A stretch of 64,000 nt of DNA from Octopus sinensis. Lineage: Eukaryota. The stretch is taken from the NCBI RefSeq assembly GCF_006345805.1, contig NC_043005.1, positions 42,160,001 to 42,224,000 of the forward strand. Reading direction: 5' to 3'. This document shows positions 11,596 through 25,230 of this stretch, in pieces. The position numbers were made by a program, and so were the translations under genes. Position 1 is the first letter of the stretch. The number at the start of each line of letters is the position of its first letter. Under the pieces are notes generated by a model. That model worked only from the letters and a program-made list of their open reading frames with translations, made no database searches and was not told where the DNA came from.

Positions 11596-11971
11596 TCTCC
11601 TTTACTCTTTTACATGTTTCAGTCATTTGACCCTGGCCATGCTGGAGCACCACCTTTAGTCGAACCGCTAAGTTTTGCCGAACCACTAAGTTACGGGGAC
11701 GAAAACACACCAGCATCGTTTGTCAAGCGATGTTGTGGGGGGGGGGGGGGTAAACACATACAAACAAACATATACACACACATATACATATATATATATA
11801 TATATATACGACGGGCTTCTCTCAGTTTCCGTCTACCAAATCCACACACAAGGCTTTATTCGGCCCGAGGCTATAGTAGAAGACACTTGCCCAAGATGCC
11901 CGCAGTGGGACTGAACCCGGAACCATGTGGCTCATAAGCAAGCTACTTACCACATAGCCACTCCTACGCCT
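11596..11971 (-). mobile_element. bipartite CORE-type SINE with internal microsatellite
   Basis: Head AGGCGTAGGAGTGGCTATGTGG, B-box GGTTCAGTCCC, CORE-like CTTGGGCAAGTGTCTTC, an internal (TA)/(TG) tract, and a 3' module CATCGCTTGACAA...GCTCCAGCATGGCC...TGACTGAAAC. Confidence 0.9.
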
Positions 11972-11979
11972 ACAAATTC

Positions 11980-14400
11980 TCAAAAACATCACAATGATCT
12001 TACAAACAAATTGCAAACGATAAAACACTATGGAATGGAAAATTTGGGGAAGGTCATGGATAAAAGAATTTACAAACATTTACAACTAGCCGAGACAGAA
12101 AGATACCTAGCCCTTCATTGGACGAAGGGTTTTTCTCGTACTCTTCCAGTATAATATGGCTAAAGTTAGAATAGGCAATATAGAAGAACATGGTCTGGAA
12201 TTGCTTTAGAAGCAGGGCCACCCACCCAACTACATCGGATCACTAAATGTAGAAGTGTTGGTCATCAGCGAGAGCAGAAGTTTTGAGCCACGAGCCTTCA
12301 CACCCATTTTTAATGAGTACAAGATGTATACTTCTCCAAGCCAGTAAGGACCTGGGAGTTAAATTTGCTGTCTTATTTCACAAAGGTCCGTATTTTACAA
12401 TACGGGCCATTTTCTTGAAGCTAATGTATCGGCTGGTGCTTCATAACGTGATGAACTGTGGAGACCATACTTTCAAACTAATAGGCATAAACAATGCAAC
12501 GTGAGCAAAGCAGCCAAATTTCTTTTGGAATCTTCCTAGAAACATGCCATTTTTAATGTCACTGTGTGGTCAGAGAGCCATCTTGAATGTAAGATCGGAT
12601 GTGGGTAGCTCAACGCAAACATGTGAAAAATACTTGCACACATGCTCAGGTGTTTCCAAATGATTGACTGCTACTGGAAGGATACTGAATGTGCTCAAAA
12701 TTAGAAAAGACAAACTGCATCAAATCATCCAGATCGCATTTCGGTAGAGTATTCTCCGAACCAGTACGCTGGGATAGCGTGAGTAATCCACAGTTCAAAG
12801 TTATCGTATAAACAAACTTCTAATTTCTGTCTTATACGGTAGAACTAGATACACTTCACTGGTAGGGCCCTGATTACTAGAAGTTGAACAGATCCGTCTC
12901 TGAGTTACAAGTCAACAGAAACTAGATTAGCACATTAGTTAAGAGGTCGTTAACGGAAACGGTCCTCAACATCGAATGTCGGTTCGCTGTGAAAAGTACG
13001 ATTAGAGTAGAATCGACAAGAATTAATAAGAAAGCGCCATAGAGAGAAGTAGGATAATTAAAATCGTAAAGGAGGCGCATAAGACAGGTATCGCAACCAA
13101 CGTGTTTGAAAGAAATTGTATCTGGATTAATTCTTGAGCGCAAAGAACGAAGTCTATGTTATCCCACAGCTAATTTAGGTTCTCTAAGACATAATGGAAC
13201 GCATACTGGTTTCGAGGGATGGTGGTGCAAAGAGGTAACAAAGCCACAATTTGTTCTTTGTGCGGCTTTTCACCTAAGGATTGGCAAAATCACCAAAATT
13301 GGCGCAGAACGATACAGTGCGGGATTAAAGAAAAAGTAAAATAACAGAAGCAATTAATCAAACATAGAACAATTGTTCCAAATCAATGAATCTTCCGAGG
13401 CCTACATGTGGAAATACATCTACGGTTATATTTACCGCAAAATCAAGTGCTTTCTCCAAAGGACAATTTGCTCGGACCATGTTCGCCGCCCATCTGCCTT
13501 TCAATAAATTTGTTTAGAGGCAGTACTTCCATTTTCCCCTCCCCTTTTTCAGGTGGATCTTGAAAAGCTGACGAAAGTTTGGTCTTCAGACTCTTCAATC
13601 ACGTCCAACGAACTACTGCCTTCGCTAAAATCACTAGATAGATAAACATTGCTAGTCCATCTCGCCCGAATCGAAGGTGGCGGAACGATCTCCAAAATGG
13701 ATATAAATGACAGATGTCCGAATTTCAAGCGGTAATATGCGATGAAATCAATATAGGAGTTGGCTACCTCTACACTACACGTCAGGGTAAGTTTTCTCTT
13801 TCCCTATTTCTAGGAGAGAACGACACTCACCTCCGCTCGTTGCATCACTCCAGTTCTTTTTCACCTGGAGACGTAGACCAAACAAGAGCCCGAGCACTTT
13901 TACGGGCCTGTCCATCCAGCGATCCATGACGCTGTTGGATGACTTTTTCTGCTTAACTTTGGTTCCTGTCATCACCACCTATTCCTCTTTCATCCAAGGG
14001 TTGACAAAATCATCGAGTAACTCAGTGTTCTTGATCACTGACACTACGTCAGTGGCGTTGTTTGCATATACTGCCAGAGATGCCCGTTCTCCTGGAATCC
14101 CTCTTAAAGTTTCTAGTTATGGTATTAGTGCCTCTACATTCATTGCATATGAATGGGAGAACAAAGACAGCGACCTTGATGGACAAAATACAAGATACTG
14201 AAGTGTTCTGATAATGGATTATTTTCTCTGAGCACCGTTCGGATATCGCTGTACATTACGGCGTTACAGTCCTTGAAAACGAGACCGAAACCGGCTGTCT
14301 TGAGGACAGCCACCACGTATTCGGGCTAGGCCTTGATCATGGCCGTGTCTATACCAGGTTCTTTACCTACAGTTGTTGGAATTTCTTGCAGAATTAAGGA
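11980..14400 (-). mobile_element. Tx1/L1-clade LINE, degenerate RT to C-terminus
   Basis: Minus frames give YVVAVLKTAGFGLVF...LSEHFSI...VHQG, LETLRGIP...VYANN (YADD decayed), WMDRPVKVLGLLFG...KNW and an ETPEH zinc-knuckle remnant. Confidence 0.75.
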
Positions 14401-14753
14401 GTATATTAATTATATCACAATAATTCTTTTGAAAGAGCAGTTTAAAAGAAGACCTGATTGAAGGACATTTTGGCGCCTGCGTTTTTTGGCGACTTTTAGA
14501 TTTTCAAACGGAAGTGTTCAATCCTTTCCCATTTTTGTCACTCACAATATCAGAAAAAACAACGTACTACATCTGACCAAGTCATATCTTCCAATTCTGC
14601 ACCAATCATCTTTCTAAAGTTCTGATGAGCATTTTTAGGAGCTCTCGCATGAAGATACATATGACATATACATGTGTGCGTTTGTGTGTGCTTACGTGTG
14701 TGTGCGCGTGTGTGCGTGTCTGTGTTTGGGCGTGCACGCATGTGCCTGCGTGT

Positions 14754-14794
<41 letters not shown>

Positions 14795-14849
14795 CATGCA
14801 TGTATGTTTGTGCGTATTATTAATTTGAAAATGAATTGTGAGAGATGGT

Positions 14850-15372
14850 AAGTAAAACTCCTTTAAAAGGAACATTTGGCAAGTCCTGAAGAGAATTTGG
14901 TCTTATATTATTCATCATTAAGCCTCGCATGAAACTTCCAAGTGATGTTATTTTGAAAACATCTTGAAAAGAATTAGCTTCTCTAATGCATCATCAAGGA
15001 CTTAAAAATCAAATGGGAGGCGCTGTCCCTTGAAAAAAATTGCCTTTACACCAGAGTAGAATATACTTCAGTAGCTAAAAATATCTTTGTCTATTTTGAA
15101 TTAGGATTTTCTTCAATGAACAAGACTAAACGCAAAAAGGAGAAATAATTCAGTTTATTCACGAAGAAATTAGTCTGTTTATCGTACATACAAAGAACAT
15201 CAAACTCGTGTTTCACACAACCATGATTAATAAAACAACATTTTCTATGACTTTTCTAAATTTTTAAATGTAAAATATCTTTTTAAAAAAAAAACTTTCT
15301 ATGTGAATTGCGCTAGTAATTTTCTGTTTGATCTCTAAACGCCACAGAGTCGAAAAGATTTGAGAACCACTG
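14850..15372 (+). mobile_element. hAT/Charlie DNA transposon 3' remnant
   Basis: ELGFSSMNKTKRKK resembles the hAT dimerisation-domain motif CE.GFS...K.K.RN. It ends in a Charlie-type TIR TTTGAGAACCACTG (15359-15372). Confidence 0.65.
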
Positions 15373-16299
15373 TCCTATATATAAAAAAAAAGACGGGATT
15401 GTCATGCATGGAGCAACTTTGATCACAGGTCTGTTTGATTAGTATTGAAATCGCGTTAAAACAACAACACATTCAGCATATCTATTTCCAAACAGGAAAA
15501 ATAAAATAAACATCATTTATACGAGACTAGAAATGATTGTGTTAAAACATCAAATATCACAGAAGAACCGCGGTAGCGACAGTAAAGTGGAAATACTGAC
15601 CTATTTATTCTGCAAAGGAACGAAACTATATCTTTGACTCTAACTATGAACACATCAATTAACAGCTTCCGTCATGAAATGGAGCAGAAAATGTTTCATC
15701 CGCCTTTTTTATGTAGCTGTTAACATAGTGAAAAAGGAATCATTAACTTTCTCAATTTGGTTTTAGTTTTAGTTTTTCCTTTTGCAAATCTCAAATTCCA
15801 TTGATCTCTTTTTCAGTTATTGTTGGCAATCACAACTTCAAATATTTGATGTATGCTTCCGACTCTATATGTATTTTATCAAAACACTATCTGTAATGGT
15901 TAATGCAAGTACTTTCATATGGCTGACTTTATTTTTCATTCCTTTCACCGTGTGTGGTTACTTCATCTACTAATATATGGAAATGTCATTTATTTTGAAT
16001 TTAGGTGAACCCAACTCATTATCATATTGATATTGTTACTATCGTTATTTTCCACATCGTATCTATTCTTGTCTTACCCCTATTTTCTCTCTCATTTCAT
16101 TTCAATTAATTCAGTCGTGCTGAAATTAAAATTTCGTGACTGTATGAAACTATATTTACGGGGGAGTTATTGTTTATTCCATACTAGAGTAATACTTTAA
16201 TACATAATTTTCCAACAACACATATTCGAAAAGTACTACCTTTCTTTATGCATAACTTGCGAGACGCGACATTACAACACTGCCACAATTCTTTAAGAC

Positions 16300-17090
16300 G
16301 TAAGGCACGTGATACTTGGTTCTAAGCAGATGTGTACTGTGTTTCAACAGCACTTTGTCCAACTGTTTGGAGCAAGCAAACAGAAAAATGTTATGGAACA
16401 CATTTTCTACCTCGACGGCTTTGGTAGGAAATTGATCAATTTGGATAGGTGGGAAGCTTTCGATAAGGTCAGCTATCATATTTTGGTTCCAGTTTCAAGT
16501 GTGTGGCCTCGAACCTGTTTTCCCAGGTTCGATAGCAGTAATGCATATTGGCACTTACTCGGTGGTAAAAGAGAGCAGCCATCTCATAGAGCCTTTTCAC
16601 ATTATGTACTCGATTAGTCTGGACTCTTCTATACGAGCTGACTTGAACAAATTCTGTAGAAGCTAGAATTCTTGAAGGGCGTCTCTTTCTAACATGAGAG
16701 GTGTATCAGCGTACGCATATGAGAGTATTGTAATTAGGTCAAACACTACGAATGCATTTGCATCGACCCATTTCTAGGTGAGATTGGCCTCACTGTTTGT
16801 CACTTCATTCTAGTTCTTCTCCACTGGATCAAAGACCTCTTGCAATGTAAACTATCCGTTCGTTCAGCACGCTACGACGCTGTTAGACAGTATGCACCTG
16901 CTTTTACGGGTGCTGAAATGCTGGTCCAGACATTTTTGGCTCTTGTCATTACCTCGTAGTCTATTGGAACAGTGTTGATCACCTCTGGTGGTGTTGTCTC
17001 TTAGCCTGTGACGTTGTTTGCATGAGCCGGCGTGGAGTTTTAGCATCCAAGAACTCGCTCAAATCTCTAGTTTCCACAGTAGTAACTCAA
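16300..17090 (+). mobile_element. Tx1/L1-clade LINE RT fragment
   Basis: LINLDRWEAFDKVSY (cf. LINLDQ.KAFDRVDH) followed by decayed RT subdomains, similar to 11980-14400. Confidence 0.7.
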
Positions 17091-17159
17091 GTGCTAGGAC
17101 ATACAGAAGATACGAGAAAGTATAACCTTGCCTGACCGATCGAAAAGCCAGGACAAGCG

Positions 17160-17990
17160 ATCTTCACTTCCAACATGCAATTCCCTTTCTTTTCCTTTGT
17201 TTATTCTGGTGTTTTCCCTTTTCTCTTTGAATTCTCCTACTGTTTTGGGAGTATTTCTGGCTGCCGAGAGTATTCTTTCTGTACTTTGTACGACATAATT
17301 TTTCAGACTTAGCATCGCAGTATTTACAGTGTCTTCCGCGTTTTATAATCCTCTTCCATCTTCCTGTTTTTGGTAGGTAGAGTCGGTCGGTATTGCTTTT
17401 AAGGTGAAGTGCGTTGTGCATTGTGAATAGTTCTATCCAAGTTCAGTAGCTCGACCTTTGTCTGTTTCATAAAAGAAGATCTTCTCAATACGAGTATAGC
17501 CCATGTATTTATGGTTTTAGTGTTGTTCTCTCCATTTAATTTTCCCTCTAGCACTTTTCTAATTCTCGTCTTATATTCATTAGTGATTGTCTCTTTCATT
17601 TCTCTTTCCATTATTCTATAGTTTTGCAAAGCTCCTAGATATTTATACCCATCACTATTCCACATAAACTTAATAATATTTACTTGCGGTAATTTTATGT
17701 TATCAGAGTTTACCTTCCGGCTTTTCTTCATAATTAGTACTGCCCACTTATTTACCCGAAATTGCATTCCAGTATCTTTACTGAATACACTTACTGTCTA
17801 GGTTTGTTTAATTTTCTCTATATAGCTTCATGTCATTCACATAAACTATCTTTTCTTATGTACGATTTGGTAAACTCATGGGCAGGCCTAGATTTTCTTG
17901 GTATACTTGTCAGAGGGACGAAGAGTAATGGAAAGAGCGAGTCTCCTTGGAAAATATTCCTGCGTATTTTCACGTTGCCTGGCAATTCAT
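17160..17990 (-). mobile_element. R4/Dong-clade LINE RT fragment
   Basis: MQFRVNKWA (cf. GM.FG..KCA), GYKYLG, EYKTRIRKVLEGKLNGEN..KTINTWA, HLKSNTDRLYLP. Confidence 0.85.
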
Positions 17991-18007
17991 TCACATATGC
18001 CAGTTCT

Positions 18008-18021
18008 TTATCATCATCATT

Positions 18022-18057
<36 letters not shown>

Positions 18058-18105
18058 GCCACCACCACCATCATCATCATCATCATCATCATTATCATCG
18101 CCACC

Positions 18106-18139
<34 letters not shown>

Positions 18140-18166
18140 TCATCATCATTATTATTATTATTATTA

Positions 18167-18198
<32 letters not shown>

Positions 18199-18210
18199 TA
18201 TTATTATTAT
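18008..18210. repeat. compound (CAT)/(CAC)/(TAT)n microsatellite
   Basis: Source of the poly-H/S/I ORFs. Confidence 0.95.
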
Positions 18211-18211
18211 A

Positions 18212-19980
18212 CTTTTAATGTGCATGTTTGCTACAGTATCTTGCCGAGACACCCAGCGTCCAGTGGCGAGTGAAGGATAAGAGATGTTACAGTATGACTG
18301 AAAGCTTGGGGAAGAGTGGTAGTGAAATATCTTCATGTAATACAACGCAGACATTTAAATGGATAGGGCCTTTCTACGCATGTGGGAAGCACTTGTCAGC
18401 ACAATCTTTTGGATTTCTCAGAGACATGGTTGTCCTGGATTTTATCTAGATATTTCTGACATTCCTTTTGGTCATACCTTGGGTACCTACAATAACAGGA
18501 ATTGTTCACATCTTAAGATGCCACAGCTTTTGTACTTAGGGCCTTGTATTTACTTAGTTTACCAAATTCCTTGACAGATATATTCTTATCAGTTGGAACA
18601 CTTACATCTATTAGTCTACTACAAGTCTTTTCTTCCAAGCCTTTAATAATTATGCCTAGTCGATTAGCCTAGATCGTTCTGTCAGCGTTGAATAGACAAT
18701 CTCAGAGAATAGTGGCATTTTTATCTTCAACTATAGGCACAGGATGATGTTCGTACCAGTAATCAGGAGTGTTGATTTTGTAGTGCTTACATATTTTCCA
18801 ATATACACACTGTCCTACCATATTCTGGCGATTTTTATATTCCCTTGACGAGATGGTCTGTTGTTTCGTCGAATGTATTGCAGAATCTGCATTTAGGGTC
18901 AGAACCATTTTGAAGAACGTTAGCCTGGTATTTTTTGAGCAAGCTCTGGTCTTGTGCCGCCAGTATGAAACCTTTAGTCTCTGCTTTCAGTCCTGAACTT
19001 CTCAGTCACTGATGTAGTTGACTTAGTATTGTCTTCCTGTCCAGGGGTTAGAGCTCTGTAAGATTCCATTTAATGGTGTTAAAACTATATTGGACTACTG
19101 GAAGTGCCATGGTGTTAATGGCTTCGATTCGATTTTTAGAGTTGAGTTCAGATGTTAGTATAAGTTTTATTCTCCTGTAATATTCTTTTCTTATTTTTTC
19201 CTTTAAAGTAGCATGTTGTATGCCATCTCCTTCGTTTATCCCCAGGTATTTGTAATTTTCTTGTGGATCAAGCTCCTTGAGGGTAGTGTCGGTATCTAAT
19301 TTAATTGAAGCTGCTTGCCTGAGCCTGCCTCTTACAAATGTTGCTTTAGCACACTTATCAAGGCCAAAGTCCATCCCGATGTCATTGCTGAATTCTTTAA
19401 CAGTTGTTAGCAGCCCTGCTAGCACTTTGTCATTTCTAGCAAACAGCTTCAGATCGTCCATATAAAACAGGTGGTTTATGGCCGTATTGTAAACTTTAAA
19501 CCTATACCTGGTGTTATTTAGTTCGTTTAAAAGTGGGAGCAGTGTTATGCAAAATAGTAATGGGTAGAGGGATGGGATTCACCTTGAAAGCTGACTCGCT
19601 TGATGTTGACGTCGTTAGTTTGGCTCATCCCATTCCTATGGTTTAGAAGGAGAACTTAGCCATGCTACCTTCTAAGAATTTGAATTTGACAGGAGAGATC
19701 ATATATATTTCGAGGGCTTTGAGTACTCAATTACGCGGGACACTATCATACCATACTCAGGCTTTTCCTTTTGCTCCGGAAATTTTCTACAATTATTTTA
19801 CTTATGAGTAATCCATCTTTGCTTCCATAAGAATTCCTTTTACAGCCTTTTTGAGCTTGTGGAAGGATAGCGTATATTCTGTCAGTTAATATGGATGTGA
19901 GCATCTTGAAGGTGGTGTTGAGACATGTTTTTGGTCGGTAGTTCTTTGGATTTTTTTGTGTCTTCAGTTTATGTGTCTTC
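18212..19980 (-). mobile_element. R4/Dong-clade LINE, 3' ~1.8 kb with 3' end at (TAA)n
   Basis: MDDLKLF, GMDFGLDKCAK, YKYLG, KEYYRRIKLIL, AAQDQS, WKICKHY...WYEHHP, IPVIVG, EIQKIVL...KALSI*. Confidence 0.9.
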
Positions 19981-19989
19981 AGTTAGTCA

Positions 19990-21603
19990 GATTTCTTCAG
20001 GCGTCTAGAAATATTCTTGGGAACGTCTCGCACTTTAGTACTAGTGGGGGACTAGAATAGTATTTTGGACGCACGGAAGGATTGTGGGGGTTTAATACAT
20101 AGTAGAAGTGGGTGTAAAAAGCCTTATAACCTGCTCAGGACTTTCTACTTTTCTGACAGATACCGACTAGATTCCCCTGATGTGCCATTGGGGACATGGA
20201 GCAACCACAGCGAGTCAGCTAGATCGTATTTAGATAGCGTATTTGTTAGGTCAGTATAGTGTAGGCCACACAGATCACAAATTTGTGATATACTCAGTCC
20301 ATTTAGATAGAACTTGTAGACAGGGACCCGGCTACTGGAAGTTGAATGCGTCCTTACCGGCTCGCAAAGACTACAGATTAGCGAACTAGTTAAGCGGTAG
20401 TTGACAGAGGCTATCGTCACAAACCGTTGGTAGATCGCTCAGAAGAGATCGATTCAAGTAGAACCGATAGTATTTAGCAAAGATTTAGCAATAGAAAGAA
20501 ATAGATTAGAGGGAGAACTAGTCAACAAATTCGAAGAGGCTATTAGTAAAGGCATTGCGACCGACGTGTTAGTGATGAGAATTGCCCTAGACCGTTTCTT
20601 CGAGGCGAAACACGAAGGGTCTGTTGTCAGAGCTAAGGCCGGTGCACTATAACACGAAGGAATTAAAGTAGTCCGATGGGTCCGAACGGTAGAGTCACGA
20701 CGTGGAAACCAAACTACGATCAAGTCTTTGACGGATCAGGACGGACGGGTGCTATTTGGTTCTGAGCAGATGTGTGCGGCTTTCCATCAGCAATTTGCGT
20801 GGTTGTTTCGTGAGGGTGTTGGGTCGTCGACAACGGTACGAACTGTATTTCGTACCTAGACGACCTCCCACGGCTCTCAGTGACGGACGCGAGATTCTGT
20901 GAAAAGCCCGTTACATTCTGAAATACGGGACGCGATAAGAGATTGCACAAGTCACAAACTGCCCAGTTTGGATGGTCTGCCCTACGAATTCTATGTTTTC
21001 ATGCCAGATTTGTTTGGCAGCCTTTTGGCAGATGTCTACAGCAATTGGCAGCAGAACGGGAGAATTCCTAGTGCTGTTAGTCGGTGTTTAGTAAGACGTC
21101 TGAGAAAGGAGGCTGACAATGGGGACGTGCTAGAGGATTTTCAGCCCATAACTCTACTAAACACAGAGTTTAAGATTTTGGCCATAGTGTTAGCGAAGAG
21201 ATTGGCGCTTGTCATTGGTAATCTGGTCGAGGAGACACAAACGTGCGCAATCAGGAGCAGGTCTATCTACGACACCCACTACCTTATGCGAGACATCGTA
21301 GAGAGGGCTGGGTCTAAAGTTGGCTTCGGTGAGGCCCTGGCTTCGGTGAGGAATTCAGGATGATCTTTGATGATGGGTTTCCTTGATTATCCCTAGAGGT
21401 CTTCCTGTGCCATGGGGATCCCATCACAATCACTTTTACCCTCTTTTTCTACTGTCATATACTATGTATATTTCCCTTCTTCTAATGTATACCATGTATA
21501 TTTTTTTTATTTTATCATTCCATCATATTTAAAACCCCACACTTTATGTCTGTCTTTGTATTGTACCCCCTCACTCTTCGCCCAGGTGGCAAATAAAAGA
21601 AAT
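19990..21603 (+). mobile_element. Tx1/L1-clade LINE, internally deleted (EN to early RT joined to 3' UTR)
   Basis: TWSN..ARSYLD (APE), DHKFV, GYWKLNASL, PSLDGLPYEFY, PITLLNTEFKILAIVLAKRL, QTCAI. An abrupt switch at about 21335 leads to a pyrimidine-rich 3' UTR, AATAAA and (ATC)n. Confidence 0.85.
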
Positions 21604-21631
21604 CATCATCATCATCATCATTATTATTATT

Positions 21632-21672
<41 letters not shown>

Positions 21673-21673
21673 A

Positions 21674-21747
<74 letters not shown>
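21602..21747. repeat. (ATC)/(ATT)n microsatellite between Tx1 3' end and Dong 3' end
   Basis: Visible trinucleotide runs. Confidence 0.95.
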
Positions 21748-22720
21748 CACAGGTTTTGTAGGAGCTCCTGGTGTCTTGCATGCGTAGCGAGTTTGCTACC
21801 TGCAACCTGCTGTACCATGCTATCCATTCTTTTCAGCTATCTAATATTTTCCTAATTATTCTGGCTGTGCCAAGGAGGCAAACCTTTTGTAACAGTTCTA
21901 CTGGGCATTCTATTCCAATTTCCTTTATATTCTCCTTGATGCCTTCTGATACTGTTTCCATGAACTCAACAGTAATTGGCACTATCTTCACCTTTTTCAT
22001 TTTGCAGCATAGCCGGGCTATTTAGTACTTAAGAGGGTTGTATTTATCTATCTGTTTGCCTTCCTTCTTGAATATTCGTGAGTTAAATGGACATGTAACA
22101 TCAACTATATAGCAAATATGGTGTACCTTGCCGACTACCACTAGGTCCGGTCAGTTATACTGTTGCACTTGATCTGTTTGGATTGGGAAATCCTAGAGGA
22201 TATTGCTTGTCTCCGATTTCGACACTTCCTGTGGTTTGTGCTCATACCACGTCTTGTTGGCTACCCATCGTGTCGCCATGATTTGTAATGGTTTTGGGTA
22301 AGTCTATGGCATTCGTTCGTGATATGGGCAATGATTCCATTCACTTTTTTGCATATACGACACAGCGGAGACACTTTCTCATTCCTAAGGTTGACCCTCC
22401 AGTTCGTGACCAAAGCTTGGTCTTGCGCTGCCAGTATAGGGCTCCCAGTCTCTTTTCTTAGTGTTCCTTTCATCATCCAATCCCACCTATTTTTCCAGCA
22501 GCTTCTGTTGTGGCTATATGGGATTGATTGTGTAGTCTCTTCATGCGTAATTCTTCATGTCCATTTTGTAATTTTTTATTTGTGTTTTCTTTTATCTCTG
22601 CTTTCAATACTATTTCGTTCCTAACTGTAACTAGAAAAGGTTTCCTTACTTTGGGCTAGGTATCTCATTAAACTCCCGAGTTCGATACGCACGCATTTTT
22701 CTGCAAACAGGGCCACTTTA
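21748..22720 (-). mobile_element. R4/Dong-clade LINE 3' fragment
   Basis: LRKETGSPILAAQDQAL, CRICKK...HITNEC (CCHC), WYEHKP, decayed ILWDFPIQTD and LLGTARIIRKIL*. Confidence 0.9.
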
Positions 22721-23099
22721 TTTTTAACAAAAATTTTCTTTGTCACCGGTTTTTAATATCACTCAGCTATTACAGACTTCATGTTTTCTTTCGTTCTCAT
22801 TTTCTCTGCTGCTCTGTTGTTGTGTAATTATGTAATTTAATCTTCTGTTCTGTGATGTACATGCAGTCTACCTCATCATCTCTTATACGGGAAAAGAATG
22901 TTGATGTGGCACATGACCGAATATGGCGTGACTTGTTGACGGTAATCGGGTCCATTTGACCTTACTAAAGCAAATCTGACAGTGTGTTTTCATAACCAAA
23001 ACACCTGATATCTGTAAAAATAAAGTGTATAAAATCGTAATATAATGCAAACAACACAAAACTAATATTGCATCGACCGTCACGCTGATAAACAAGGTT

Positions 23100-25230
23100 T
23101 GCGTGCACCAGGGATAGACTTGTCTGAGAAAGAAACGTTGATGCTAAAACATCTTCCAATAATGATGTTGGAGATGTTCGCCAAGGCAGGATGGATACTT
23201 CTAGCTCTTCAAATCTATCATCGTGTAATAAATCGAAACAAAAATCACATAAAATGAACTCAGAAGGAATACGAAGAAGTTATGGGTGTATACTTACTAT
23301 TATTCTATGAGAAAACTGGAGATAAACCACATGAATCAGGTGAAATGGAAATAACGATACCTGTGCATACATAAACCTCAAGAAACTGAAGTAGCAAATA
23401 TAAAAGGGGAGAAATTTAGAAGAGAGAACTTACACATACAGAACTTAATACAATAAAACAGCTTGTTAAAGACGGCCTCGATATAAAGATAGTGAATAAA
23501 GAATAGAGTAACAGAAGAGAAGCCCAATTTAATGACCCAATTTATTGGCAGAAACGGAAATGGAGCAACAGATTGAAAACACAAGAAATAATATCAGAAG
23601 TATAAATGACAATGAAGAATTGGATGACGCGAATGCCAATGAGGTAGAGAATCACCAGTTTCTTGAAGAGAATGCTGAAGACATCGGAAGTGTAAAGAAA
23701 TTGTAAATGAAGTTGCCAAAGTAAGCAATATAAACATTGCAGAAAGAGAACTACTCACTGATAAAAATAATAAACAAAAACAAATTTAAGATTGATAAAG
23801 ATGGGAAATACTGCAATCAAAGACTTTCCCGTCACAATTAAGCCTAATTTATTTGAACTCATTCAACTGATTAATGCCTCGGCCAAAGTAATTGAGTGAA
23901 AATTCTCGATCAATAAAAAGAGAAGCAGACATGAGTAGCATAGGAAATTTAAATAGAATCATTCTGGAATATGAAATAGAACTAATGAGAGAAGAAATAT
24001 TGATCTTTAAGGAATTTCGAAAGAACAAGGGTGGAAAAATGAGAAAGGCAAGGAGCTTGAAATATAAAATATCAGTTAAAGAGCACACGAGACATACTAA
24101 CAATCAAAGAACAACTCAGGCTGAAAATACGAGCCAAACCTTAATGTGAGAATGTACGATAAGTGGAGCAAATTTTACAGACAAAAGAATATACTTGCAG
24201 CATGGGAAAAACTTCTGTTGAGAATTAGGAAAAAAACCAACAGTAGTTGATAAGGCACTAACAACTGGGCTGTTTGAGCATTATGGAATAAGATCTGGAT
24301 TGGCCAAATTGATCGCAATGGAATTTCTGAATGGATAAACAATATGTAATACGCAAACAATGAAATATCAGAAAAATATTGGAAAAATAAAAGTGTTAAC
24401 GAATTTGAAAAACTCTTGAAGAAGCTCATAATCGGTAAGCTCTAAAGACAGACAAAATTCCAGATTTTTTTCTTATCCATACTATCAATGATACAAGAAA
24501 CGTTCGCAAACTTACAAACTTCCTAAACGAAATCATGTTAGTGTCAGCAAAACTGCCCGAATGGTTATGCAAATGAGCAAGTTACCTATCATAATCAAAA
24601 CTACATAATCAAACCAAGACTTACAGGAAAATTGCTTGCAATTTTAACGTCTACGCAATTTTAATTGAAGAAAACAACTTCTCAGTTGTTCAGAAAGGAT
24701 GCCACTGTGGCTCACACGCATTTAATAAATCAACTGCTAATAAACTATAAATATAACAATATGTCATTCAAAATATATAAATATAAAAAGTTTAAGATGT
24801 GCGTAGCTTCATTATAAAAAGATATTTAACAGTGTCTCGCACTCCAAAAATTCCTAGAAATGTACAAAATATCATCCTTGCTAGTAAATTTCTCAAGTAC
24901 AAAATCGCCTTCTGGAATACTACCTCTATCCGTTCTCCTCAATGACATTTATATAATATGCACATTAACTATGGCATCGTTCAAGGAGATTCGTTCTTTC
25001 AACTGCTCTCTTATATTGCATTTGTTCATCTGAATCAGGGATAGGAAAATCACCCATCTATGTGGGTGATTTGAAACGCTATGGTAAGGATGATGAAGTA
25101 CATTAATTTTTTCTGAAAACAGTCAAATGATTCACCGATGACTTATTTTGGAATGGATAACTGCGCAAAGTACAAGCTCTAAAGAGGTAAGCTAACAAGA
25201 GCTGTCACAGTGAGAGATCAAAGAAATAGA
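23100..25230 (+). mobile_element. R4/Dong-clade LINE, old plus-strand copy
   Basis: QKGCHCGS...QLLIN, GIVQGDS and VGDLKRY (cf. YMDDLKLY) in broken frames; A-rich coding strand. Confidence 0.7.

Noticed and set aside
11212-15372. Perfect 14-bp inverted repeat CAGTGGTTCTCAAA ... TTTGAGAACCACTG suggesting one 4.2-kb hAT element
   Set aside because: The flanking 8-mers (TGAATGAG vs TCCTATAT) are not a TSD, and the left copy lies in sequence that reads as Dong coding on the minus strand. Only the right TIR is retained.
17762-18280. Poly-His/poly-Ser/poly-Ile ORFs
   Set aside because: Product of (CAT)/(CAC)/(TAT) repeats at a LINE tail.
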